A stretch of 64,000 nt of DNA from contig NC_069003.1 in assembly GCF_001194135.2 (NCBI RefSeq), positions 10,756,182-10,820,181 of the forward strand, in the 5' to 3' direction. The stretch is from Octopus bimaculoides. Lineage: Eukaryota. The first letter of the stretch is position 1; each line of letters begins with the position of its first letter. Below the pieces are notes generated by a model. The model saw nothing but the letters and a program-made list of their open reading frames with translations. It did not search any database and had not been told where the DNA came from. Below are positions 52,401 to 62,952 of this stretch, in pieces. Made by a program: the position numbers and the translations under genes.

Positions 52401-52767
52401 ACAACTGATGCTTCTTAGGTCCTAGGCACTTATACTCTGTTGAGTATGCACACTGACATTATACATCCATGATAGTTGTACATAATTGTCACTATCATGT
52501 CCTCAGCTTTGAATCTTTTAAACCCCTTTTAAGTCAACCTACTTCTGTGTTAAAAACATCCTATTTTAAAGTGATCCAAAGTAAACTCTTCCAAAATTTT
52601 ATGTTAACCCCTTATTTAAACTGACCATATTGGGCCTAAATGGTCTGCTTTACATTGGCACAGGAAGAGTGTCCTGCCGTAGAAAATCTGCTTCAATACA
52701 CTATTCAACTCATGAAGGCATGGAAAGCACAGACATTAAAACGAGGACCATTATATAAACACTCTAA

Positions 52768-53194
52768 GGTGGCAAGCTGGCCGAAACATTAGCATGCCGG
52801 GCAAAATACTTAGCAGTATTTCGTCTATCTTTACGTTCTGAGTTCAAATTCTGCAAGGTCAACTTTGCTTTTCATCTTTTCAGGGTCGATAAATTAAGTA
52901 CCAGTTATACACTGAGGTTGATGTAATTGACTTAATCCCTTTGTCTGTCCTTGTTTGTCCCCTCCGTTTAGCCCCTTGTGGGCAATAAAGAAACAAGAAA
53001 CGTTAGCACACCGGGCGAAATGCTTAGCGGTATTTCGTCTGTCTTTACGTTCTGAGTTCAAATTCTGCCAAGGTCGACTTTGCCTTTCATCTTTTGGGGG
53101 TTGATAAATTAAGTACCAGTTGCATACTGGGTCGATCTAATCAACTGGCCCACCCTCCCCCAAAATTTCAGGCCTTGTGCCTAGAATAGAAAAG
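52768..53194 (+). mobile_element. Head-to-tail dimer of SINE family C within one 18-bp TSD
   Basis: attatataaacactctaa at 52750-52767 and 53195-53212; the second monomer starts at 52997. Confidence 0.88.
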
Positions 53195-53672
53195 ATTATA
53201 TAAACACTCTAACCATTTTGTTACCATGATTTTAAAAAAAATATTCTCCCTGTGTTTCACTTAACTCTTCAGCATTCCAATTTCTCTGTCAAATGGAGCG
53301 TTTATTCGTTTACATTGTTTTTAATTATGCATTAACTTGCAGATTTGAGATTTTGATGGTATGGTTGCTTATTTTTAGAATAACATTGTAGGGTTGGTGT
53401 GAGAAGCTTGATGTGGCCAGTTTGAACATGGCTGGTGTAAATGCTAAAGTGTTAATTTTAAAAATAATGAATAATTTAGTAAAATAACTTTATCATTAAG
53501 CTGGTGTTTGGAATATAATGCTTATTTATTCACATTGTTTTGAAATTATCATGCAGGCTCATATAGCTTTGATATTTAATGTCATTGCTTATTTTTGAAT
53601 GACATTGTAGGGTAGGTGTGAGAGGCTGAAGCTGGTAAGTCTGAACATAAAACCTACAGAAGGCTGGTTTAA

Positions 53673-53882
53673 CCCTTTAGCATTCAGATTACTCTGTCAA
53701 ATGTAATGCTTATTTATTCAGTGTTTTGAATTAATCATGCATTATCTCATAGCTTTGAGATTTCAATGATGTGATTGTTTTTAGAATGTCAATGTAGGGT
53801 AGGTGTGAGAGCCTAGATATGGCCATTTTGAATATATAACAGACTATTTAGGCCAGATGTGGTCAGTTTAAATGATAAGGGA
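53673..53882. mobile_element. TTAA-flanked piggyBac-like MITE, same family as 9830-10050; further decayed copies at about 53265-53660
   Basis: ttaa-ccctttagcattcagattactctgtcaaatg ... aaatgataaggga-ttaa. Confidence 0.75.
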
Positions 53883-54198
53883 TTAACATAAAATTTTGGA
53901 CGACTTTACTTTGGATCACTTTAAAATAGGATGTTTGTAACATAGAAGCAGGTTGATTCAAAAGGGTTTAAAAGAAGAAAATTTGTGTTGTAGGACTTCT
54001 CAGTTACATTGATATCAAAAGGGTTAAGACAGTGATTGAATGAATAGAATAAGTCTTGCTGTATGTATGCATTGTGTAGAACTTGTCCATAACATACAAA
54101 TTTTGCAGGACTGATTTAATTTTTTTTTTTGTCTGTTTCAATGTAATTTAAATTTGATATTTGTCTTATTTTTCTCTTGTAATGTTTGGTCTTTTTAG

Positions 54199-54283
54199 AG
54201 GAGAAGAAGAGTTTGCAGAAGGAGAAAGAAATAACCATTGCTAAAGAGGCTTTTACTGAACTGGACAGTGATAGCAACCAATT
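54199..54283 (+). CDS. PRKCSH: PRKCSH coding exon 8 (85 nt): EKKSLQKEKEITIAKEAFTELDSDSNQ(F); start of EF-hand-like loop 1
   Basis: Acceptor ggtctttttag|, donor AATT|gtaagt; AFxELD motif. Confidence 0.94.
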
Positions 54284-54517
54284 GTAAGTATAACGGACAA
54301 TGTGTGTGTGTGTGTGTGTGTATGAATGTATAATGATTTTATGTGTACATAGGGTTGTGAATATAATGGTCAGTGAGTGGTATAGATGCTTGCATGTATA
54401 ATGGTTTGTGGTACATAATGTTGTGCATAAGCATTTCTAGATGGTATAATGGTGGAGTTTTTAGTTTAATTTATGGACAGTATGTATAATGGGTCATGTA
54501 TATAATTATGGCTGGTC

Positions 54518-55320
54518 TATAAGGCTGTATATGAAAGTCAGCTGAACAGTCTGATCAATATACTCTCGTGGAATGTGATTGAATTAGGTTTATTTTTCAA
54601 CATAGTCTCCCTTGCTATTAACACACTTTTTCCTTCAGTGTTACTGTGTCTGGACCCCATTGGTAACAAAGCCTTTATCCTGATGGTCAAAAAGTCCTCA
54701 ACAGTAGATATGACATCATCGCTGTAATACTGCTCCCCAACCAAGAAATTTTTCATGTTTGGAAGCAGATGATAGTCAAGTGGGGTCAAATCAGGATTAT
54801 AAGGGTGATCAAACAATTCACAGCCTCAGTCATGCACAGCAGCCATTGAAACCAAGGACTTGTATGCTGAAGCATAGTCCTGATGAAACAGTTTTCCTGG
54901 GAATTTGGTCTTGATAGCCTTTTGTAACCCCCTCAGCAAGCTGGAATAATACTCTCCATTGATGGTGTGGTCCTTTTGAAGGTAGTCAATAAACACAGTG
55001 CCTTTTGCATCCCAAAACACTGAGGCCATTGTCTTCTCTGCAGATGAAATGACCTTGGCCTTCTATGGAGTAGATTAGGAAGGATGTTGCCACTGCATGG
55101 ATTGTCTCTTTGTCTCTGGCTCAAAGTGATGAACCAGACATTCATTGTGGGTTATGAAACATTTGAGGAAACCAGCTGGATCGACCTCAAACTTAGATTT
55201 TCCTGTGATGTGATCAACTTTGTGCATCTTTGATCAGGTCTCAGATGTGGCACCCATTGAGCAGAAACCTTTATTATCCCAAGTTCATTGTGCAGAATAT
55301 TCTCAACTCTCTCACACATA
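54518..55320 (-). mobile_element. Decayed, 5'-truncated mariner resembling the irritans/Himar1 type, in PRKCSH intron 8
   Basis: Minus-strand WVPHL, HHFEPETKRQS, MASVFWDAKG..IDYLQK..TINGEYY, FHQD and HPYNPDLTPLDYHL motifs; frameshifts; TIR-like end near 54518-54540. Confidence 0.92.
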
Positions 55321-55482
55321 AATTAAATCTGTTAGTCTAAAGTATATTTAGATTATAAACTGTCTACTGGTTTACAAAGGTGCTGCAAAATTCATATCTA
55401 TTTTGCCAATGTGGCACAATTACAAATGAAATTGGATTTTGTTTAGGAAGTGACACAAGCTACAATATATATATACTTTCAC

Positions 55483-55513
<31 letters not shown>

Positions 55514-55693
55514 CTGACAGGCTTCTTTCAGTTTCTGTCTACCAAATCCACTTATAAGGATTTGGTTGACCTGCTGTTAAAGAAGATACTTACCTAAGGT
55601 GCCATGCAGTAGGACTGAACCTAAGTCCACGTGGCTGGGAAGCAAGCTTCTTGACCAAATACCCATATGTGCACCTCTTAGTATATTTATATA

Positions 55694-56057
55694 TCGTAAA
55701 TCCTCGAGTATAGTCCACCCTTGAGTATAATACGCAGGGGATTTTTAGGGGGCTGTACCTCTGATAAACCTAAACCTTGTGTATAATACGCACCCCTTCT
55801 CTAACTTGAGTCAAGGAGGAATATATAACGTCCTTGGTTTGTAAACATATATATGGTAACATCCTTTATTATTATTGTATATATAACATAATGCAGACAT
55901 GTAGCTTTTTTGTGCACTTTGCAGAAAATAAAGAAATAACAGTAATAACGTCAGTGAAAAATAAATATTAAGTAAATTGCCTTTACATATTTATCACTTA
56001 GAAATTTTGACCTTTAAATTTAGGGAAAAAGTGCGGATTATACTCGAGGATTTATGG
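55694..56057. mobile_element. 364-bp MITE with about 27-bp TIRs and TA target duplication (pogo/Tigger-like ends)
   Basis: Left tcgtaaatcctcgagtatagtccac versus reverse complement of the right end ccataaatcctcgagtataatccgcac; TA on both flanks. Confidence 0.85.
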
Positions 56058-56225
56058 TATATGTGTGTGTGTGTGTGTGTGTGTNNNNNNNNNNNNNNNN
56101 NNNNNNNNNNNNNNNNNNNNNNNNNNNNNNNNNNNNNNNNNNNNNNNNGTATTGAGTATTTTTTTTTTTTTGTTTATAAGTTGTAATCTAAATATCTATA
56201 TATATATATATATTTCTTTTTCTAG

Positions 56226-56304
56226 TGTCAGTGTGGATGAGTTAAAGAGTCACTCAGAGTTTGATATCGACAGTGATGGTACCGTATCAGACGATGAAGC
56301 AAAA
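56226..56304 (+). CDS. PRKCSH: PRKCSH coding exon 9 (79 nt): VSVDELKSHSEFDIDSDGTVSDDEAK; EF-hand-like loop 2
   Basis: Acceptor ttcttttctag|, donor AAA|gtaaga; DxDxDGxVSxxEA EF-hand pattern. Confidence 0.95.
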
Positions 56305-57187
56305 GTAAGAATCATTTCCAAATATGACTTCCACCCTCATTCTCTTAAACACCTTCATATTCTTATTACCATCGTATAATTAATATATAGCGATTTATAA
56401 GATTTTTTTTAGAAGTTCCACATCACCGTCTGCCCATTTCTGTCAGCAATGTATTCTTTGTTTAAAAATGGCAAGTTAAAACGTTTCTCATCTTTTAATT
56501 CCTATCTCTCATGCTGGCATTGTGATTGGTCAGTTTGACAGGATCTGTCAAAAGGGTTCCACCGTCACTGAAGTAACCCTTTTCATTATGCTCCAATGTC
56601 TGCTGCTTTGGTATGGTTTCTACATGGAGATGGCATGGGTGGCTATGTCTTCCTTCCCTCCCTCTCTCTCCCTCCTCTTCCTCCTCTCCCATGTCCAGTC
56701 TTCCTCTGTATGTCTGGTCTTTGTCTTCCATGGATCTTTTTCACTCTCAAAATACATATCATTTACATAATTTAAAACAGAAAACCATCCAAGGGGAAAT
56801 AACTCAAAGTGGCTGGTGGCATGTATTTGAAGAACATAGACAAATGCATGTATATCAAATACCATACAACATAGTTTCTTGATTTATTCAAATTATCTCT
56901 GCCTCTATTACCAAATAGAAACCATGACCAGCTCCACTGCAGGAGGGGAGATAATCACCGGAATCAAATATTCTCCAAAACTGACATGTCACTATGGAAA
57001 AAGAACAAGTTTGTCTAGAAAGAAGAGGACATTTGTGGACATGTTTCTGTCTCAATAGCCAACATCAGCACAACAGTTGTCCAACTTTATCTCCAGCAGC
57101 CAGGGGACTTGTACAAAATGTGCTAGAACACATGGTCTTGGTAATTTGTATATATTAATCAAAAATGTTTTAAGAGAAATAAGCTAA

Positions 57188-57635
57188 GACGGTGAGCTGG
57201 CAGAAACGTTAGCGTGCCGGGCGAAATGCTTAGCGGTATTTCGTCTGTTACATTCTGAGTTCAAATTCCGCCGAGGTCGACTTTACCTTTCATCCTTTTG
57301 GGGGTCGATAAATTAAGTACCAGTTATGCACTGGAGTCGATGTAACCGACTTAATCCCTTTGTCTGTCCTTGTTTGTCCCCTCTATGTTTAGCCCTTTGT
57401 GGGCAATAAAGAAATAAGAAACGTTAGCATGCCGGGCGAAATTCTTAGCAGTATTTCGTCTGCCGTTACGTTCTGAGTTCAGATTCCACCAAGGTTGACT
57501 TTGCCTTTCATCCTTTTGGGGTCGATAAATTAAGTACCAGTGTTACGCACTGGGGTCGATGTAATCGACTTAATCCCTTTGTCTGTCCTTGTTTGACCCC
57601 TCTATGTTTAGCCCCTTATGAGCAATAAAGAAAGA
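57188..57635 (+). mobile_element. Head-to-tail dimer of SINE family C within one 13-bp TSD; monomers also at about 24430-24630, 36885-37040, 39168-39370 and elsewhere
   Basis: agaaataagctaa (57175-57187) and agaaataagctga (57636-57648); the second monomer starts at 57418. Confidence 0.83.
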
Positions 57636-57961
57636 AGAAATAAGCTGAGTGGCCAGCGGCATGTATTTGAACAGCCTAAATAAATGCAGGTACATTAGAT
57701 ATCATCATTTAATGTTCACTCTTCATGATGGCATGGTTTGACATGGAGCTCGTTTGCCGGGAGCTGTCTAGACTCTGTCTGTTGTGGCATAGTTTTTATG
57801 GCTGGATACCCTTCCTAATGCCAACCACTTAGCAGTGTGTGCTGGGTGCTTTTTAAATGGCACTGGCACCAGGAAGGCCAAGCCTGTATAGCATAAATTC
57901 TTGACGTTTGTTATTATTGCTTATCCCAAATCAGTTTTAATCCAGCATACCTGTGATTGGG

Positions 57962-58335
57962 TGGAGGCGCAATGGCCCAGTGGTTAGGGCAGCGGACTCG
58001 CGGTCATAGGATCGTGGTTTCGATTCCCAGACTGGGCGTTATGAGTGTTTATTGAACGAAAACACCTAAAGCACCACGAGGCTCTGGCAGGGGATGGTGG
58101 CGAACCCTGCTGTACTCTTTCACCACTACTTTCTCTCGCTCTTACTTCCTGTTTCTGTTGTGCCTGTAATTCAAAGGGTCAGCCTTGTCACACTCTGTGT
58201 CACGCTGGATATCCCCGAGAACTACGTTAAGGGTACATGTGTGTCTGTGGAGTGCTCAACCACATGCACGTTAATTTCACGAGCAGGCTGTTCCGTTGAT
58301 CGGATCAACTGGAACCCTCAACGTTGTAAGCGACG
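57962..58335 (+). mobile_element. tRNA-headed SINE family B (sense to PRKCSH); runs into a gap
   Basis: Head tggaggcgcaatggcccagtggttagggcagcggactcg...tttcgattccc; the body is the reverse complement of the copies at 46258 and 13326. Confidence 0.88.
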
Positions 58336-58626
58336 NNNNNNNNNNNNNNNNNNNNNNNNNNNNNNNNNNNNNNNNNNNNNNNNNNNNNNNNNNNNNNNNN
58401 NNNNNNNNNNNNNNNNNNNNNNNNNNNNNNNNNNNNNNNNNNNNNNNNNNNNNNNNNNNNNNNNNNNNNNNNNNNNNNNNNNNNNNNNNNTTTTTTTTTT
58501 TTTTTTTTTTTTAAGATTGTAGATCTGAGGAAGTTTGGCTGCTATTTTTAGCAGGTGAAGTGCTCATGTAGAAGTTCTTCCCTTTGTCGGCTTCAGTTAC
58601 AGTTTTTTTTTTTTATGCCTGTCTAG

Positions 58627-58902
58627 GAATACATGGAAGAAGCCACTGAGGCAAGTTATGACCACTTCATTGAGAAAATGTGGCCCAACATCAAAGAGAT
58701 TTATCGTAAACCCAAGAAACTCGAGGACGAGGTGAGCCAGCAAGAAGAGGAGACGACGACATCCCCACCTGTTCAAGTAACCCCATCACCACCTTTAGAA
58801 CCCCCTCAAGATGATGACGATGGTGCTGATGAAGATAGTGATGAGGATGCTGATGAGGATGATGAAACAACGCCAGAAGAAGGTGTTGATGGACACGTTC
58901 AG
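58627..58902 (+). CDS. PRKCSH: PRKCSH coding exon 10 (276 nt): EYMEEATEASYDHFIEKMWPNIKEIYRKP...DDETTPEEGVDGHVQ; acidic/Pro-rich tract
   Basis: Acceptor ttttatgcctgtctag|, donor CAG|gtaagc at 58903; overlaps ORF 58633..58920; FxxxxWxxIKxxY motif followed by the family's acidic stretch. An alternative internal donor is possible at 58732. Confidence 0.9.
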
Positions 58903-59276
58903 GTAAGCTTTCTGCACTAGCACCATTCCCCCCTCCCATGTAAGATATGCGCATAAATTATGCAACAAGTGCACACAAATTGCCATACACTTGCATACCA
59001 ATGAAAATACTCCTAAAAAAAAACCGATTAAATAAAAAAAAAAAACTTGTTCATTTTTTTTACTTATTTTTTTATTGGGTTGTGACCAAACTGGTGCACT
59101 ACCTTTTTATGGTTATGTTAATTACATTCACCTTAATATTTACTTTACAGAGTTCAGAAAAAATGGAATACAAAGCAAACCAGGGTGGGATTTGAATTCA
59201 GAATAGAAATGCAGATATATATACACAAGAAAATACATCATCATTTAACGTCCATTGTCCATGCTAGCATGGGATG

Positions 59277-59640
59277 TTTGCGGGTCTCCTAGAACATTCA
59301 TCAATATTGACACTTTTCGGCCATCTTGGAAACTTCTGAAACACTCGTACGCTTGTGTGTGACTCTTAAACTCCCCTCCACACCCTTTCTGCAACTTTGC
59401 ATTGGCCTCTGAGCAGGTACTGCCATGACAACTTTCTCTGTCATGGTCAATGCGACGATCACATGCTACACACTTTCCTTCCAAGCACTGCCATAAACAG
59501 CAGAAGTGAACTAGAACAATAAAACTTAATGTGCATGCACAGCAGAGTTCAAGGTCAATCTTTGCCACGCAGCTTCACTCTGCGAGGTTTAGCTTCGTTA
59601 CTATGGCAACAGTCTGGATACATTTTGATCATACCTTGTA
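59277..59640 (-). mobile_element. 5'-end fragment of a mariner (left TIR plus N-terminal HTH)
   Basis: Minus strand reads TA-caaggtatgatcaaaatgtatccagact, then MTEKV...LQKGCGGEFKSHTQAYECFRSFQDGRK / DECSRRP, a decayed mariner HTH (..SRTQVYEWFRRFQDGR..DDERSGRP). Confidence 0.8.
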
Positions 59641-59787
59641 TATGTAATCTTTTTACTTGTTTGTCATTTGACTGTGACCATGCTGGGGCACTGCCTTGAA
59701 GGGTTTTGGTCTCTTTTGCTGAACCACTAAATTATAGGAGTATAAACACACCAACACCAGTTGTCAAGGGATCATGGGTAGGGGAGT

Positions 59788-59824
<37 letters not shown>

Positions 59825-60830
59825 TTACGACAGGCTTCTTTCAGTTTCTGTCTACCAAATCCACTCACAAGACTTTGGTCAACCTGAGGCTATAGTAAGA
59901 CGCTTGTCCAAGGTGCCATGCAGTGGGACTGAACCCTGAACCATGTGGTTGGGAAGTAAGTCATTGGATTGCAGCCATGCTGGGACACTGCATTGAAGGA
60001 GTTAGTTGAAGAAATCGGCCCTAGTATTTTTTTCTTTTTCTTAGATCTGCTACTAATTCTGCCAGTTTCTTTTGCTGGACTGCTAAATTACAGAGGAGTA
60101 ATCAAACCAACACCAGTTGCCAAGTGGTGCCAAGAACAGAAGCACTCCAAAACAAATATTGGAGATTGATGCAGTTCTCTGATCTGTCAGATTATCAAAC
60201 CATCTGAACCAATGCCAGCATGGAATTGGATGCTAAATGATGGTGATGAATTTAGCTGTCTACCTTTATGTTCAGAATTCAAATCCCATAAGGAACCATG
60301 TTACCTGTCTTGCTTTTTGTGGTTGATAAAACATGTGCCAGTTTTGTACTGGGGTTCATCAAATTAAACATTCTTATTTTCTATATTTCAGGCTTTGCAT
60401 CTACATAAACTAATAATTAGAAAGCATGCTGCATGGGAGATCCCTTTCTCTCTGTCTCTCTCTGTCTCTGTCTCTCTCTGTCTCTGTCTCTCTCTCTCTC
60501 TCTCTGTCTCTGGTTGCTTCCTTTTTTTTCTTTCTTGGCAATAACAGGTGACAAAAGGTTGCTGGATTTCATTATTCATTTTGGCATTGTTGCTCACTAT
60601 TAAAAAAAAAATCTATCTTTGGTGTGGAGTTTTTTTTTAAGTACCTTAATTAATGTTAATTAATGTTTCAGCACGTTGTCCTTTTGACAAAAGAAAATAA
60701 ATTGTAAAAATTAATATTTTATAAATTTAAAATTTTTATAATTTATAGAAAGGACATAAGCATAAAAATGGCTAATTAACTTCTTCCATCTCTTTGCATA
60801 CATTCAGCAAAAATGTTGTTAACTCTCAAT

Positions 60831-60931
60831 CATAAAAGGGTTAATTTTCCATCACTTTGAGACCAATTAACTTAATTACATTCATAAGGGGTTAATTTTC
60901 CATTACTTTGAGATCAATTAACTTAATTACA
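60831..60931. repeat. About 52-bp tandem duplication x2
   Basis: cataa(a/-)(a/g)gggttaattttccat(c/t)actttgaga(c/t)caattaacttaattaca repeated. Confidence 0.85.
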
Positions 60932-61461
60932 AGTGAATATGGGTGAGAGATGAATAAGTCATATAATTTTTTTTTTCTCAACCCCAAAACTACATCTTTA
61001 TCACAAATCTATAATAAAATTGACCAAGGTTGATTTTATTATAGATGGAGGAGTCATACTTTCAACATATTATTAGAATGGGTCTTCAAACTTCATTTAC
61101 AAACATTATTATTGTCACTGCTTTACTGCAAAGCCCTTATGTTGGGTGTTGTATGGATGAGTCATATAAATAATCTCACCTCCCAAGCTAGTGTGCCAGG
61201 CAAAATGCTTAGTGACATTCTATCTGTATCTACGTTCTGAGTTCAAATTCCACCAAGGTCAACTTTGCCTTTCCTTTCAGGGTCGATAAAATAAGTACCA
61301 GTTGAACACTGGGGTGGGGTGCGGGGTCGATGTAATCGACTTATCCCCTCCCATAAACTTGCTGGCCTTGTGCCACAAATTGAAATCATTATTACTGTTC
61401 TGCTACGAACCCGAGGCTTACAGATGAACAAGTTAGATAAATAATTTCAACTTCTAAGTTA

Positions 61462-61492
<31 letters not shown>

Positions 61493-62400
61493 GTGGCATT
61501 TTGTCTACCTTTATGTTCTGAGTTCAAATTCCTGCAAGGCCAACTTTGCCTTTCATCCATTTGGAATTGATAAAATAAGTACCAGTTGAATACTGGTATG
61601 CATGGGTGACTACTGTTCTTCCATAAACAACTTTGCCCAGACTTGTGCCTTGGAGGGTAACTTTCTAGGTGCATTCCCATGGTCATTCATGACTGTTTTT
61701 GGCAAACCTGAGCGGGGGTATCTTTTTCTTATCAGCCCCTGTTCTTGCCTTGAGCTACTTTAAGTGTGAACTGGGTGGGACTGGTTAGTTTTGGTGTTAG
61801 CTAAGTTGACCAGTCAAGCAGTGTACCAAGCCAAGTGGCTACAAGTTGAACACTTGTTGCAAGTTTTGAACTTATGACCATGCAGTAAGTAGACTCAACA
61901 CATTTGTCCACACAGGCACTGTAGTCAGTATTGTCCACACAACCATTGTGTGTAATACATGTCATTAGTACATTGGTGTACACAGTTGCTGTGGTCAGTA
62001 TATTCATTCCAACAACTACCATGTTCAATAATTAATTCCCTGTTTTCCTTATTCAAAAAGACAGTGTCTTTGTGTGATTTGAGAGAAATTTGGCTGCTAT
62101 TTCTAACAGCTGGAGTGACCACATTGAGGTTCCTTCATTTGCCCCACATTTTTTGAGCTTACATTGCCTTTATTGTTTAAAATAGGGAGGGGTTGTTGAT
62201 ATTCTGTCTAAAACTATGGAGACCATACAGTTTAAACAACGATATGGTCTCTGTATGGCTTTCTGTAGATATAGATTCTTTTGTGACAAAGAATTGGGTC
62301 AAGAGGTTAGTTTGTTTTTCTTTACAGCTGGATGTATCTTTTAACACTCAACTAGTTTCACTGCATATCAATGCTCAACTCTGTCTTTTAATGCTTAGCT

Positions 62401-62695
62401 CAACCCCCTAACACTCGGTTTGACCCCCTAACACTCGGTTTGACCCCCTAACACTCGGTTTGACCCCCTAACACTCGGTTNNNNNNNNNNNNNNNNNNNN
62501 NNNNNNNNNNNNNNNNNNNNNNNNNNNNNNNNNNNNNNNNNNNNNNNNNNNNNNNNNNNNNNNNNNNNNNNNNNNNNNNNNNNNNNNGGACCCCCTAACA
62601 CTCGGCTCGACCCCCTAACACTCGGCTCGACCCCCTAACACTCGGCTCGACCTCCTAACACTCGGCTCGACCTCCTAACACTCGGCTTGACCTCT
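62401..62695. repeat. 20-bp minisatellite (t/c)gaccccctaacactcgg(tt/ct), interrupted by a gap (62481-62587)
   Basis: At least 4 units left of the gap and 5 right of it, decaying into a ctcggct-rich tail. Confidence 0.95.
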
Positions 62696-62862
62696 CGCTG
62701 CTTGGCTCCGCTCCTCGGCTCAGCTCGGCTCAGCCTCTTGACACTCAATTTGAGCATCAGTTCAATTTGATCTGTTAATGCTCAACTTGATGTTGGATAT
62801 TGATATTTTTGAGTTTCATTTTGACTGTCACTGTCTACCTTGACACAAGGTAAACAGTGACC

Positions 62863-62952
62863 TCACGGCCTCCCCCTCCTGTCTTGAGGATCCTGTCTCG
62901 TGGCCTCCCCCTCCTGTCTCGAGGATCCTATCTCACGGCCTCCCCTCTTGTC
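62863..62952. repeat. 35-bp tandem repeat x2.6 (tcacggcctccccctcctgtcttgaggatcctgtc)
   Basis: Units start at 62863, 62898 and 62933. Confidence 0.9.

Larger units (their letters stand above)
40358..58902 (+). other. PRKCSH: PRKCSH gene span (glucosidase II beta subunit / 80K-H), 5'-complete and 3'-incomplete in this window; 10 coding exons, 1050 nt, 350 aa
   Basis: Manual splicing gives one open frame: [110 protein letters not shown]..., matching the family motifs RPRGVS, VNDDYCDCxDGSDEPGT and RVNDGxCDCCDGTDE. All introns are GT-AG with compatible phases (1,1,1,2,0,1,1,2,0). Confidence 0.97.

Noticed and set aside
57962-58040. tRNA gene (also the heads at 25950 and 32653)
   Set aside because: The tRNA-like head continues directly into a multi-copy SINE body and there is no intact acceptor stem or terminator.
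59151-59184. Exon-like segment tttactttacag|SSEKMEYKANQ as the next PRKCSH exon
   Set aside because: The sequence aligns with a decayed SINE-C (…caaag…gggatttgaattcagaa), the donor is weak and the expected PxYDE motif is absent.
62401-62695. CRISPR-like array
   Set aside because: Contiguous tandem units with no unique spacers; eukaryotic intron context.
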